63,730 nucleotides of DNA, filler included, from Candidatus Woesearchaeota archaeon (GCA_018221205.1; 8 parts of 8 records of this genome joined end to end with filler, not necessarily neighbours in it); one strand, 5' to 3'; positions 48,819-59,352 are shown, numbered from the whole stretch's first letter. A program made the numbers and translations. The notes: generated by a model from the sequence alone, not told the origin.

Positions 48819-49357
48819 CATTCATGGGAGAGAAATACATCATGGGCATCGGCCTTGTGCTTTTAGCTTTTTTAGTTCTAGGTCTGATCGAAGGGACATT
48901 CACTGGTCAGGTTGTGAGAGATAGGGAGAAAGTTGCTATCACCTTTCCGATGAATGGGGACTTTCCTAATGATGTACAGGGATTTGTCAGTTTCGGGTTT
49001 TCGTTCCCTAATGCTGTGTTCAAAGTTGATGATAGAGAGGCTGATCTATTGATTTTTATGACTTCTGAGACTATACCTGGATTGAAGCTTGGCTATGAGG
49101 TACAGGACAAGAAGATCTTCGGTGGACTGCCTGTCATGTACAGCGATGCTATCGATATCATCGATGGACAGCCCCATACCTTAGTCTACACCTTCAGTAA
49201 GCCTGCCAACAAGCAGAGCATCCATCTGGATGGTAAATTACTTGTTGAGAGCAGTTTCTCTGGTGAGAAATCCGCAGATCCTATAACAGGAATGGCTGTG
49301 TTTGAGCAGTGGCTCACTATCCAGAGCAATATGGGCATGGATGTGAAATTTGGGTAA
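48815..49357 (+). CDS. Membrane-anchored beta-sandwich hypothetical protein
   Basis: N-terminal TM followed by TGQVV; DGQPHTLVYTF...IHLDG. Confidence 0.65.
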   Translation: MTFMGEKYIMGIGLVLLAFLVLGLIEGTFTGQVVRDREKVAITFPMNGDFPNDVQGFVSFGFSFPNAVFKVDDREADLLIFMTSETIPGLKLGYEVQDKKIFGGLPVMYSDAIDIIDGQPHTLVYTFSKPANKQSIHLDGKLLVESSFSGEKSADPITGMAVFEQWLTIQSNMGMDVKFG

Positions 49358-49398
49358 ACTTTATTAATCGCCTTCTTTTCTTACAGTTGGGTGTTACT

Positions 49399-50259
49399 AT
49401 GGAAGCAATAAAAAAAGCAATGCAAATGGCTCATGATAAGAAATTTTTCAAAGAAGCTGAAAAAAGACAGAAAGAAGGCAAGAAGATGACTGTCAGCATG
49501 GATCTCAAAGGAAAGAAAGCTGTCATCTTTGGGGTTGCGACTGACAAAAGCATTGCCTGGAGCATCGCTAAAGCTTTGAATGATAATGGCTGTCAAGTCG
49601 CTCTTGGATATCAAGAAAGGGTTGAGACATATGTCAAAGAGTTGGCTAAAGAGCTTGATAATCCTATTCTTGAGAAATGTGATATGATGGATGATCTTCT
49701 TATTGAACGATTCTTTGAGACGATTGAGAAAGAGTTCGGAAAGTTCGATATTCTTGTTCATAGTGTTGCTTTTGCGAAAAGGGATTTTCTTCAGGGCAAG
49801 TTCTATGAAGTTGATCGAAAAGGATACAATACTGCTCAAGAAGTCAGTGCATTTTCTTTGCCTATGCTCGTACGTGCAGGCCAGCACCTGATGAATGAAG
49901 GTGCTTCAGTCATGGCCATGACTTACTTAGGAAGCGTGATGGCGTTGCAGAATTATAATGTGATGGGTGTGTGCAAAGCTGCTTTGGAAAGTTCTATGCG
50001 CTACTTGGCTATGGATCTTGGTGAGAGGGGCATTCGAGTGAATGCTATCTCAGCCGGTCCTATCCCTACACTGGCTGCATCTGGAGTGGGTGGCTTTGAT
50101 AAGATCCTTGATCATGCTGAGAAGAAATCTCTTTTGAAGCGGAATATTTCAACTTCAGATGTTGCCCATATGGCTTTGTTCTTAGCAAGTCCATTATCAA
50201 AGAACATCACGGGACAAGTGCTGTATGTTGATGCTGGCTATTCAGTCAATGGCTGGTAG
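49399..50259 (+). CDS. fabI: Enoyl-ACP reductase, FabI type
   Basis: GVATDKSIAW, VHSVAFA, TYLGS...YNVMGVCKAALE, AISAGPIPTLAASG, TGQVLYVDAG. Confidence 0.93.
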   Translation: MEAIKKAMQMAHDKKFFKEAEKRQKEGKKMTVSMDLKGKKAVIFGVATDKSIAWSIAKALNDNGCQVALGYQERVETYVKELAKELDNPILEKCDMMDDLLIERFFETIEKEFGKFDILVHSVAFAKRDFLQGKFYEVDRKGYNTAQEVSAFSLPMLVRAGQHLMNEGASVMAMTYLGSVMALQNYNVMGVCKAALESSMRYLAMDLGERGIRVNAISAGPIPTLAASGVGGFDKILDHAEKKSLLKRNISTSDVAHMALFLASPLSKNITGQVLYVDAGYSVNGW

Positions 50260-51635
50260 AGCTTTATCAGTGCTCCAAACATGATGACCAATACTGGCAG
50301 CAATACGTGATGATATCTTGGCTGGACTTCCAACAGAAGATGGGAGCCAAAAACAAGCACTGTATAGAAAAGCATGAAATAGATTCCTTCGTTCTTCCAC
50401 CACTCTTTCTTAAAGTGCAGTACGAGCAAGATCATAGACAATACCAGGAGCATCCGATGGATCATGGTAGCTCCGAAATACAATATGCTCATGGCTAATT
50501 TTGATTCTATCCCTTCAAGAGACCATCCCAAAGAAGGGCGGGACCAGAATCTTAGGGGTTTGTATGCTATAGTCGTCATCGCATATCTCCCTGGATGTTC
50601 TTTGAACCGCTGTATCGCGAGCTCTTTTGCTACGTTGTCTCTGAATACATGGTCATGCACTCCTGTGTTCTCTCTTGCACGGACTTCAGCATCGAGCAAT
50701 GCCAGATCATCTGTATTATACTGGCCTTTGAACTCTGGATTGGTCGCAAGCAGCATGCTCCACCCTCCCATCTGCGAGGGACTTATAGATACAATGCCTA
50801 ATTCAGACTGGTTGTAGGAAACGATCGGCGAGACTACCACTGCAAAGAGTATGATTACTATAATGGAATTTTTGATTGATGTCTTGATGTCTTGTTTTTT
50901 TACTACGAAAAAGAACAGGATTGCAGCAAGGACTGGTATGAATGCCAATGGCCTGAAATACTGTGCAATACCGAACGATATGCCTGCAAGATAGAGCTTT
51001 TCTTTTGGAACAAGCAGAAAATATATGCCTAGAAGAATGAAAAAAGAGAAATAGACATCGCTGCCGATAAGATTGACATACATGATGTGCTCGGGCAGGA
51101 GTGCGAAGAGCAAGGAGACGATGATAGCTGTCCTTTTGCCGAAGAAGTGTTTACATAAACCATAGATGAGCAGTATGCTTATGGAAGACAGGAGTACGAT
51201 CGGTGCCAATGCTGCAAGGTCATGGACCCCAAAAAGCTTATAGCTCATCGCAGTGATGATGGAAGCGCCTGTGGGCTTGATCGGATTGAAGATATACTGG
51301 CCATTCATGATGTCTACAGCCATGTTCTGATAATCTAAGAAGTCAGAGGTCTGTATGGGGTTGCTGAACACTAACCAGAGGAATCTGAGCGCCACTCCGA
51401 GCAAGAAGACATGTACGATGGAAAACCTTGAGAAGAAACTCATGAATTTTTTCTTTTTCACCAAGAAAAGCATGAGGCCGGCCAACACGAATCCGGAGAG
51501 GATGATGATGATATTCTGCATCTTGGATTCCAGCTCGAGTACAGGGCCGAAAGCAACATACGTGAACATCACTGCCAGGAATAGGACAATGAGTGATGGA
51601 TAAGGTGGTTTGAACAAGCTGGTATGCTTTCTCAT
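50238..51635 (-). CDS. GT-C membrane glycosyltransferase (ArnT/PMT-like)
   Basis: Multi-TM; SDFLDY, FRP, EVQPRYH. Confidence 0.8.
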   Translation of the reverse strand: MRKHTSLFKPPYPSLIVLFLAVMFTYVAFGPVLELESKMQNIIIILSGFVLAGLMLFLVKKKKFMSFFSRFSIVHVFLLGVALRFLWLVFSNPIQTSDFLDYQNMAVDIMNGQYIFNPIKPTGASIITAMSYKLFGVHDLAALAPIVLLSSISILLIYGLCKHFFGKRTAIIVSLLFALLPEHIMYVNLIGSDVYFSFFILLGIYFLLVPKEKLYLAGISFGIAQYFRPLAFIPVLAAILFFFVVKKQDIKTSIKNSIIVIILFAVVVSPIVSYNQSELGIVSISPSQMGGWSMLLATNPEFKGQYNTDDLALLDAEVRARENTGVHDHVFRDNVAKELAIQRFKEHPGRYAMTTIAYKPLRFWSRPSLGWSLEGIESKLAMSILYFGATMIHRMLLVLSMILLVLHFKKEWWKNEGIYFMLFYTVLVFGSHLLLEVQPRYHHVLLPVLVIMFGALIKLYQPLTE

Positions 51636-52342
51636 CGTAACTCTTTGCGTAGTTTCAGGAATCCCTTGAATGATTTTTTCACAATCATGAATAAATCTTT
51701 GATTTTTGTGCCAGTATTCTTTCCTTCTCTCTTACCGAAAAACACAGGTACGTCTTTCACAGTATAGCCTTTCTTCAACGCACGGATCAAAAGCTCACTT
51801 GAAAAGCTTTGTTTCATATATCTGACATCGGGAAGGACTTTGTCGATGATATTCTTATGGATGATCTTAAAGCCGGTGTTGAAATCATAGGGAGGTATGT
51901 TGAAAAGCATAGAGACCAGTAAACGCTGCCCGAATGTGACAAAGCGCCTTATGAATGGATTCTTTTCTGATTTTCTCAGTCCGGTGATGATATCATATCT
52001 CTTTTCATACTGCAACATGTCCCAAAAATCCTTTGCGTGGTGTTTCCCCGAGGAATCTGAATAGAAGATGATGTCATTCTTGGTGGCCTTTAATGCTGTT
52101 GTCATCGCCCCTGCATATCCAAGATTCCTCTTGCCTTTCATGGGCTTGATGTCAAGATGCTTGGCCATATCAAAGACGATTTCAGGAGTGCCATCTGGAG
52201 GACAGTCCAGGTAGACGATGAATTCAGACCCTTTTGGCAATCTTTTGAAAACATCATGATAATATTCAGTGATGACTTTCCTGATATGGTCCTGCTCGGT
52301 ATACGCTACCATGACCATAGAAACTGGTTTTTTAGTCTTCAT
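51632..52342 (-). CDS. GT2 glycosyltransferase (polyprenol-phosphate sugar synthase-like)
   Basis: VAYTE, NLGYAGA, YSDSSG, DFNTGFK. Confidence 0.88.
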   Translation of the reverse strand: MKTKKPVSMVMVAYTEQDHIRKVITEYYHDVFKRLPKGSEFIVYLDCPPDGTPEIVFDMAKHLDIKPMKGKRNLGYAGAMTTALKATKNDIIFYSDSSGKHHAKDFWDMLQYEKRYDIITGLRKSEKNPFIRRFVTFGQRLLVSMLFNIPPYDFNTGFKIIHKNIIDKVLPDVRYMKQSFSSELLIRALKKGYTVKDVPVFFGKREGKNTGTKIKDLFMIVKKSFKGFLKLRKELR

Positions 52343-53426
52343 CCTTCAGTTTTTCAAATAAATCTAATGCTGATTTCACTGTCTGATCCATATTGATATA
52401 TTTATACTGTGCAAGCCTGCCGATGAAGTAGGTGTTCTTCAGCTTCTCGGCCACTTTTTGATATTGCTTATAGAGCTCCTTATTCTGCTTTCTTGGAATA
52501 GGGTAGAATGGTTCGCCTTCATCTTTGGGATATTCTTCGACGATCGTTGTTTTAGGACATTTCTGATGTGTTGCATGCTTAATCTCAACAATCCTCGTGT
52601 AATCGTGTTCGTTCGGATAATTGACCTGGGAATAGTCCTGGAAATACTCTTTGTCCAGGGTCTTGAAGATGAAGTGCAAAGAGCGATAAGGCAGTTTGCC
52701 GAATCTGTAATTGAAAAATGCATCAATCGGACCTGTGTAGATGAGCTTTTTGTATCCTATCTTCTCTTTGACCTGGTTGAAATCGGTGTTGAGCTTCAAG
52801 GGGATATCTTTCAGCATGTTCTCGAATATTTTATGGTATCCTTCCTTGGGCATGGCCTGGAAGGACGTGCCAAAGTACCGTTCGTCGGTATTTGTCCGTA
52901 TAGGTATTCTTGCAGTTATCGAGGCGTCCAGATCAGTCGGATGGATGCCCCATTGTTTTATGGTATAATTCTTGAAGAACGCTTCATAGATCTCTTTTCC
53001 TGCAAGAGCAAGGACCTGTTCCTCTGCATTCTTTGGATCAGCTATCTTCTCTTTTTTTGAGTCAAGAAACTCTTTTGCTTCCTCTTCATTCTTAAGAGAA
53101 AGACCGAAAAACTGGTTCAGGGTGTTCCGGTTTATAGGAAATGAATATAACCTCTCTTTGATGCTTGCTTTGATAATATACTCATGAGGTATCCATTCTG
53201 TGAATCGTGAGAGATATGATTTTACTTCTTCATACTCTGTCCGGAAATAGTGCGGGCCATATTTGTGCACCAATACTTCTGCCTCATCATGATAATCAAA
53301 TGAGTTTCCGCCTATGTGGTCTCTTTTTTCAATGACGAGCACTTTTTTTCCTATCGAGTGCAATCTTTCTGCGAGGACACTACCGGCAAAGCCAGCTCCT
53401 ACGATCAGATAATCCACCCTTTCCAT
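52332..53426 (-). CDS. glf: UDP-galactopyranose mutase
   Basis: VGAGFAG, HIGGN, HKYGPH, YTIKQWG, LPYRSL, GRLAQYKY. Confidence 0.95.
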   Translation of the reverse strand: MERVDYLIVGAGFAGSVLAERLHSIGKKVLVIEKRDHIGGNSFDYHDEAEVLVHKYGPHYFRTEYEEVKSYLSRFTEWIPHEYIIKASIKERLYSFPINRNTLNQFFGLSLKNEEEAKEFLDSKKEKIADPKNAEEQVLALAGKEIYEAFFKNYTIKQWGIHPTDLDASITARIPIRTNTDERYFGTSFQAMPKEGYHKIFENMLKDIPLKLNTDFNQVKEKIGYKKLIYTGPIDAFFNYRFGKLPYRSLHFIFKTLDKEYFQDYSQVNYPNEHDYTRIVEIKHATHQKCPKTTIVEEYPKDEGEPFYPIPRKQNKELYKQYQKVAEKLKNTYFIGRLAQYKYINMDQTVKSALDLFEKLKDED

Positions 53427-53528
53427 CTTTGCTGCCAAACGAACCAGCTTTATAAAATTTATTGTCGGTCGGAAAATTTTGCTAATCCGATAATTATATA
53501 TACTAAGTTTGAAAACAAATCCCACCTA

Positions 53529-54461
53529 ATGACCAAAAAAATACTTGTCACTGGCAGCAGCGGTACTATCGGGACCCGGCTGTGTGAACGTCTTATCGAA
53601 AAAGGGTATGATGTTGTGGGCGCTGACTGGAAACCTAACAAATGGAACAAAGATATCGATGCCCTCACGATCATTGTTGATCTGCGAAATGAGGAAGAGC
53701 TCAAGAAACTTCCGCACGATGTTGATCTCATCGTCCATCTGGCAGCCAATGCCCGTGTGTATAATCTTGTTGTCGATCCTGCCCTTGCGCGAGACAACAT
53801 CATGAGCACCTTCAATGTGATGGAATTTGCCCGTACACATCATATCAAAAAAGTCATGTTTGCATCCTCTCGTGAGGTATATGGAAATTTTGACAAAGAA
53901 GTCCTGTCAGAAAAAGATGTCCATATCGAATTCTGTGAAAGCCCTTATACTGCTTCTAAGATATGTGGAGAGGCGTTGGTCTATTCCTACAATCAATGCT
54001 ATGGCATCGACTATATCATTGTCCGATTCTCTAATGTCTATGGCATGTATGATGAGAGTGACAGGTTGATCCCGTTATTCATCCACCTATGCAGAGAGAA
54101 CAAGGATATGGAAATATTTGGCGAGGATAAGATGCTTGATTTCACCTATATCGATGATGCGGTCAATGGTGTTATCCTCTGCATCGAAAGATTCTCCTCT
54201 GCAAAGAATACTATGTATAATCTTGCCCAGGGAAAAGGAAATTCGATACTTGAAATAGCTAAGATGATCAAAGAGAGCCTGCAAAAAGATGTTAAGATCA
54301 GCATCAAAGACAACAGGCCAGGAGAGGTAGTGAGATACATCGCAGACATCTCGAAAGCAAAAGACAAGCTAGGCTTTTCTGCCAAGACCACTCTTGCTGA
54401 AGGCATTCAGAAGTCAATAGAATGGTATGATAAGCACTCCGTCACGATTCAACGTTCTTGA
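53529..54461 (+). CDS. NAD-dependent nucleotide-sugar epimerase/dehydratase
   Basis: TGSSGTIG, HLAA, SSREVYG, YTASK, RFSNVYG. Confidence 0.92.
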   Translation: MTKKILVTGSSGTIGTRLCERLIEKGYDVVGADWKPNKWNKDIDALTIIVDLRNEEELKKLPHDVDLIVHLAANARVYNLVVDPALARDNIMSTFNVMEFARTHHIKKVMFASSREVYGNFDKEVLSEKDVHIEFCESPYTASKICGEALVYSYNQCYGIDYIIVRFSNVYGMYDESDRLIPLFIHLCRENKDMEIFGEDKMLDFTYIDDAVNGVILCIERFSSAKNTMYNLAQGKGNSILEIAKMIKESLQKDVKISIKDNRPGEVVRYIADISKAKDKLGFSAKTTLAEGIQKSIEWYDKHSVTIQRS

Positions 54462-54691
54462 TCACAATCAGTTACGTATTCATACTGATAACAGCTTTGG
54501 ACACATGTTCCTTCTAGGCAAAACCCATACATGGTCGGGTCGTGGGTATTGAGATAGGAGCAGTCCTCGTCTTTTGTGCATCCATAGTTTTCCTGATAAT
54601 ATTCAGTTGTCTTATCCCAGACTGTGAACGCCATTACGACAAGAACAACCACTATGGTAATGATGATGCTGTTTCTGGTCACTTTGTCCAT
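54449..54691 (-). CDS. Small membrane-anchored Cys-rich protein
   Basis: TM then CTKDEDC...C...GTC...C. Confidence 0.65.
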   Translation of the reverse strand: MDKVTRNSIIITIVVVLVVMAFTVWDKTTEYYQENYGCTKDEDCSYLNTHDPTMYGFCLEGTCVQSCYQYEYVTDCDQER

Positions 54692-54739
54692 AAGGCTATC
54701 ATAAAAAGATTTATATAAAAACTTTCTTAAAATGATCGT

Positions 54740-55357
54740 ATGAAGAAAAGTGATAAGGTCTTGATTCTAGCTGGTCTGATCGGGCCGATCTATCTGTTCT
54801 TCTTTTTCTTGATACTAGGAATGTTTGTTCCTGGCTATAATCCATTTGTCGATTATATCAGTGAATTGGGTGCGGTAGACAGTCCTGTCAGATGGATCGC
54901 CAATATCTTTGGATTCATCCCGATGGGAGCAGTGATGTTTCTCTTTGGATTAGGATTATATAGAGTATTAGAACATAAGGTGAGTGCAAAGACTGGATCA
55001 TTATTGCTGATGGTTGCTGGTGTGTTGCTTTCTGCTGTCTCTGCTTTTCCTTGCGATGATGCGTGTGAAAATACTAGTGTTGTTGGAACGATGCATGAAA
55101 TCCTGAGTGATGCTCCGCTGTATCTCGCATTGATAGCATTATTTTTCTTTGCTGCTTACTGTGGAAAAGGAGTTCCTTTCTCTTTAGGCTGGGGGATAGG
55201 ATTCTTTGTTGTTGGGTTATTAGCTGGTGTTTTCGGCTATATCTATATCCATCTGGATTTCTTCTACGGCGCAACATTCCAAAGATTATCTATCTGGATA
55301 CCTTATTTCTTCATGAGCGTTGCATCCTGGCATATTTATCGAGAATTACAGAAGTAG
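54740..55357 (+). CDS. DUF998-like membrane protein
   Basis: PGYNP...ISELGA, FPCD, H, FQRL. Confidence 0.85.
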   Translation: MKKSDKVLILAGLIGPIYLFFFFLILGMFVPGYNPFVDYISELGAVDSPVRWIANIFGFIPMGAVMFLFGLGLYRVLEHKVSAKTGSLLLMVAGVLLSAVSAFPCDDACENTSVVGTMHEILSDAPLYLALIALFFFAAYCGKGVPFSLGWGIGFFVVGLLAGVFGYIYIHLDFFYGATFQRLSIWIPYFFMSVASWHIYRELQK

Positions 55358-56008
55358 TCATCCCTTTCTTGCATAGACTTGAACTTTTATAGGTACATCT
55401 TTGCCTTTTCTTCCTGAGTAATTTGGAGCATAGGTCTCTGACCTTACCACTTCAAATCCTGTTTCTCTCAGTAACCCATTGAATTCCTCTTCACCATAGC
55501 GAGCGACGAATCTTGTGATCGGCTTTCCATATTCTTCTGATTCTTCGGGCCCTTCAGTGTGTCCTTCTCTAAAATTTGCATGAAATCCTCCACCTGCAAC
55601 TAGGTTTCTGCTTAGATTTCTGAGAAGATCCCTAATCTGCTCTCTGCCGATATGTTGTAAAGAAGAACTTGCCCATACATCAACTAGTTCTGGGAATTCG
55701 AATGTGACAGCGTCAGCAACGTGGAAATCGATAGATGGAGACTGTTCTTGAGCGAAAGCAATCATTTCCCCACTGCAATCCACTCCAATAACTTCATAAC
55801 CCTGCTCATGAAAATAGGTTGCATCCCTGCCTGGTCCGCAGCCAATATCTGCAATTTTGCCCAGGTCTGCTGGCGGAAGATATCCTAAGAATTCCTCTAG
55901 CCTTTCGATATGTGCTCTTGCGGCAGTTGCTTCTACATATGCAGGTACGACACGATCGTATTCCTCACCCAGTTTTCCTACAATCCCTTTCCATTCTTTG
56001 TTGTCCAT
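55358..56008 (-). CDS. Class I SAM-dependent methyltransferase
   Basis: DIGCGPGRD, GVD, WASSSLQH. Confidence 0.9.
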   Translation of the reverse strand: MDNKEWKGIVGKLGEEYDRVVPAYVEATAARAHIERLEEFLGYLPPADLGKIADIGCGPGRDATYFHEQGYEVIGVDCSGEMIAFAQEQSPSIDFHVADAVTFEFPELVDVWASSSLQHIGREQIRDLLRNLSRNLVAGGGFHANFREGHTEGPEESEEYGKPITRFVARYGEEEFNGLLRETGFEVVRSETYAPNYSGRKGKDVPIKVQVYARKG

Positions 56009-56111
56009 ATCAGAGAAGAATGAGTTTCAGTTTTTAAAACTGGGCTTTTCTTTATAAATTATATAGTGCAGCATATAAGTGCTTTTAAAGCGAGAAGAGA
56101 TCTAAAAGTAA

Positions 56112-56900
56112 ATGTCACAGCCAAAGAAAGTCACCCTATTTGATACTGGGCGCGAAAGTATGGATCCTGGCTCTTGGGGAGTTAGAGTACTACAATCCCA
56201 TCAAGGAGAATCTTTTCCTGAAGTTTCTCGATTACTTCTTGCGCTTCGTGAAGAATCTAGAAGTGAATGGAAGAGAGATCCAGCCAGATCAAATATGCTT
56301 GAAGTCCTGTCTACAAAAGGAAATGGGGACTATGTAAAAGAAAATTATTGGCCGCTTCCAAATCAAGACTCAGAATTACCTGTTGCATTGTATTCTGTAG
56401 ATGTCACTGCCAAGGGTATTAAAGCAGCAATCGTTACTTCTGATCCTCGTTCAATTGCAGATAGGGTTCAAACTCGAATTGGGACCATTGATACTTTCAC
56501 GGACAGATTTCTAGGGAAGGACTTACGTAGCTCTCCTGTATTAGATAGAATAGCTGACTGGGAATACATCGCATTGCAGGATTCTTGGGGTGAAGTAATG
56601 TTCACACAAGCTGCTGATTACATTGCCTTCCAACTTTTGGAAGTTTGTCGTTATGATTGGCAGTCTAGAATGGAAACCGGGAGTGTAAACTTTCGCTTGC
56701 ATTTCAAAAATACTGCTTTGTCTGCTAAAGATGGCACATCGTTTCAGATTGAATTTCAACCGCAGGGAAATCCGCGCAGTATTGTGATTGGAAAGACTGT
56801 TGGAGATTTGACTCATGTCGGCTATCATCCTGGCAAGGATAAAGAAAGAATGGATTTTGTTAAAGATATGTTTTTTAAGATTGCTCCTTATCGTGGATAG
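56112..56900 (+). CDS. Hypothetical protein
   Basis: 262-aa ORF, no recognised motif. Confidence 0.7.
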   Translation: MSQPKKVTLFDTGRESMDPGSWGVRVLQSHQGESFPEVSRLLLALREESRSEWKRDPARSNMLEVLSTKGNGDYVKENYWPLPNQDSELPVALYSVDVTAKGIKAAIVTSDPRSIADRVQTRIGTIDTFTDRFLGKDLRSSPVLDRIADWEYIALQDSWGEVMFTQAADYIAFQLLEVCRYDWQSRMETGSVNFRLHFKNTALSAKDGTSFQIEFQPQGNPRSIVIGKTVGDLTHVGYHPGKDKERMDFVKDMFFKIAPYRG

Positions 56901-56940
56901 TATCACAAATTTCTTAAGCTTTCTCTGATTATTACCGATT

Positions 56941-57987
56941 ATGAAGGAGGCAGTTCTCTATACCCAAGAAAAGAATATTGTTAAATGCACTGCTTGCAAA
57001 TGGTATTGCAAGATTCCTGAAGGCAAGACTGGGTTGTGTGCTGTTAGGGGAAATGTTAAGGGAAAATTACAATTGATGGTGTATGGGAAAGTATGCAGCA
57101 TGCATGTGGATCCTATCGAGAAAAAGCCTTTGTACCATTTTCTTCCTGGGACTGATATCTTTTCGATCGGTACTGTGGGATGTAATTTTTCTTGTGATTT
57201 CTGTCAGAACTGGACAATTTCTCAAACACCGAAGCATGATAAGATGAAGAATATCTCAAATCAATTTGAAAATATCATGAAGCTTATTAAAAAAAGCCAT
57301 GATTTGAGTCCTGAAGAAGCTGTTTCTTTATGTGTGGAAAGAAATATCTCTTCCATTGCCTATACCTATAATGAGCCCACTATCTTTATCGAGTATGCGC
57401 ATGATACTGCGAAATTGGGAAAAGAGAAAGGACTGAAAAATGTCTTTGTAAGCAGTGGCTATGAAACCAAAGAAGCGATGGAGTATATAGGCAAGTATTT
57501 AGATGCGATGAACATTGATCTGAAAGCATTCAAAGAAGAGAGCTACAAGAAAGTCTGTCATACTCATCTGCAGCCTGTTTTAGAGACGATCGAGGCTGTT
57601 GCCAAAGAAAAGATCTGGCTGGAGATAACTACTTTAGTTATTCCTGGCTTCAATGATAGTGCTGAGGAATTGAAAGATATTGCTTCGTTCATTGCTGGCC
57701 TAGATAAGAAGATACCCTGGCACGTGACTGCGTTCCATCCTGAGTATAAGATGATGAACAATCCTCCGACAACTGCTAAGGCTTTGGTGAAAGCCCGAAA
57801 AATAGGGAAAGATGCTGGATTGAGATATGTCTACACGGGCAATATCCCTGGAATGGATTATGAGAGTACTTTCTGCCCTCAATGCGAACATATTGTCATC
57901 AAACGATTCGGGATGGGTGTCGAGGAGAACAGATTACGAGATGGAAAATGCTGGAACTGCAACGAGAAGATAGATGGTGTGTTCTAA
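56941..57987 (+). CDS. amrS: AmmeMemoRadiSam system radical SAM enzyme
   Basis: DPIEKKPLYHF, CNFSCDFCQN, YTYNEP, NIDLK, YVYTGN. Confidence 0.92.
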   Translation: MKEAVLYTQEKNIVKCTACKWYCKIPEGKTGLCAVRGNVKGKLQLMVYGKVCSMHVDPIEKKPLYHFLPGTDIFSIGTVGCNFSCDFCQNWTISQTPKHDKMKNISNQFENIMKLIKKSHDLSPEEAVSLCVERNISSIAYTYNEPTIFIEYAHDTAKLGKEKGLKNVFVSSGYETKEAMEYIGKYLDAMNIDLKAFKEESYKKVCHTHLQPVLETIEAVAKEKIWLEITTLVIPGFNDSAEELKDIASFIAGLDKKIPWHVTAFHPEYKMMNNPPTTAKALVKARKIGKDAGLRYVYTGNIPGMDYESTFCPQCEHIVIKRFGMGVEENRLRDGKCWNCNEKIDGVF

Positions 57988-58400
57988 AAATCGATAGCCA
58001 TATCCAAGAGTTCTTTCTTGTATTTAACCATCCCCTCTAGAATATCATTTGAGGAGATGATCCCTTGTAATACGCTATTTTCTATTACTAAGATTCTTTT
58101 AATCTGATGCTCTCGCATTAACGCCATTGCATCAGAGGTTGTTTTATCTGGTGAGAGAGAAATCACTCCTTTTGTCATAATGTCCTTGACGAAAACTGTT
58201 TCCGGAGAGATTTTCTTCGCAATGATTTTATTAATGATGTCCTTATTGGATAAAACACCAATGACCTCCTTATCCTTAATATCATTGTAGACTGCTAGTA
58301 AGCCTCGATTGTGCTTTGCCATCTCTTCAGTGGCTTTTTGAGCAGTATCTCCTGCATACACAGTGCAGAGTTCTTTGCTCATCAGTCCTGAGACTTTCAT
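57984..58400 (-). CDS. CBS-domain protein
   Basis: CBS pair; ends YKKELLDMAIDF. Confidence 0.9.
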   Translation of the reverse strand: MKVSGLMSKELCTVYAGDTAQKATEEMAKHNRGLLAVYNDIKDKEVIGVLSNKDIINKIIAKKISPETVFVKDIMTKGVISLSPDKTTSDAMALMREHQIKRILVIENSVLQGIISSNDILEGMVKYKKELLDMAIDF

Positions 58401-58444
58401 CGTAGAAGTGTTATTATTTGCCTATATAAACATTTCGCGCGAGT

Positions 58445-58861
58445 CTAAAGGTCAATAGCCATATCCAATAGATCCTTCTTATACTTCATCATCGCATCCA
58501 AGATATCATTTGAGGTGACAATCCCCAATAATACCTGGTTTTCAATGACCAAGATCCTTTTGATACGGTACTTTCTCATCAATTGCAGGGCTGCTGCGCT
58601 GGATGCATCTGGGGAAATATGGACGATATCAGGAGTCATGATATTCTCTACTGTTATCTCTTTTGGGTCTTTTCCTTTAGCGAGAACTTTCTCGATGATA
58701 TCTTGATTAGAAACAACTCCAATGACCCTTTTATCTGCCACAGTATGAAGGACTGTCAAAAAACCATGGCTTGCTCTGGCCATCTCTTCTGCAGCTTTCT
58801 GGATAGTATCATGGCTGAAAATGGTGGTAGGAGAAGTATTCATCAGATCCTTGACTTTCAT
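58445..58861 (-). CDS. CBS-domain protein, tandem paralog
   Basis: CBS pair, also 138 aa; ends YKKDLLDMAIDL. Confidence 0.9.
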   Translation of the reverse strand: MKVKDLMNTSPTTIFSHDTIQKAAEEMARASHGFLTVLHTVADKRVIGVVSNQDIIEKVLAKGKDPKEITVENIMTPDIVHISPDASSAAALQLMRKYRIKRILVIENQVLLGIVTSNDILDAMMKYKKDLLDMAIDL

Positions 58862-59088
58862 AATGGGAAGAAGCTAGCTATTTATTTAAAGCTTATCTAA
58901 GTATCTCAAAATTGATGATTTTATCCAGAATTTTTTTTGGTACTAAATCTTCCAGCTTTCCTCCTGGAATGACTTTTCCGCCGACATGNNNNNNNNNNNN
59001 NNNNNNNNNNNNNNNNNNNNNNNNNNNNNNNNTTAATTAATTAANNNNNNNNNNNNNNNNNNNNNNNNNNNNNNNNNNNNNNNNNNNN

Positions 59089-59352
59089 GTATTGATAATT
59101 TTTATCAAGATCATATATGGGGCAAAAATGAAATAACTCAGAATATTCTGCTTCATATGGTTTATTGTCCAACGTTTTATGATCCAATTTCTGTGCATTT
59201 TCTCTGAAGCTGAAGATATGCCCTGCAAGGCCTAAGATGCTTGACTTGCCAGTACCATTTAAGCCGGTAATAAGTGTAATGTAATCTCCAAATTCAATAT
59301 TCACTTCTTTCATATGACGAAAATAATTAATACTTAATCTTTTAATTTTCAT
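59089..59352 (-). CDS. ABC/SMC-type ATPase N-terminus, defence-associated type (3' truncated)
   Basis: MKIKRLSINYFR...ITGLNGTGKSSIL. Confidence 0.8.

Noticed and set aside
58896..58988. C-terminal gene fragment at contig end (...LVPKKILDKIINFEILR*)
   Set aside because: Too short to assign a family.
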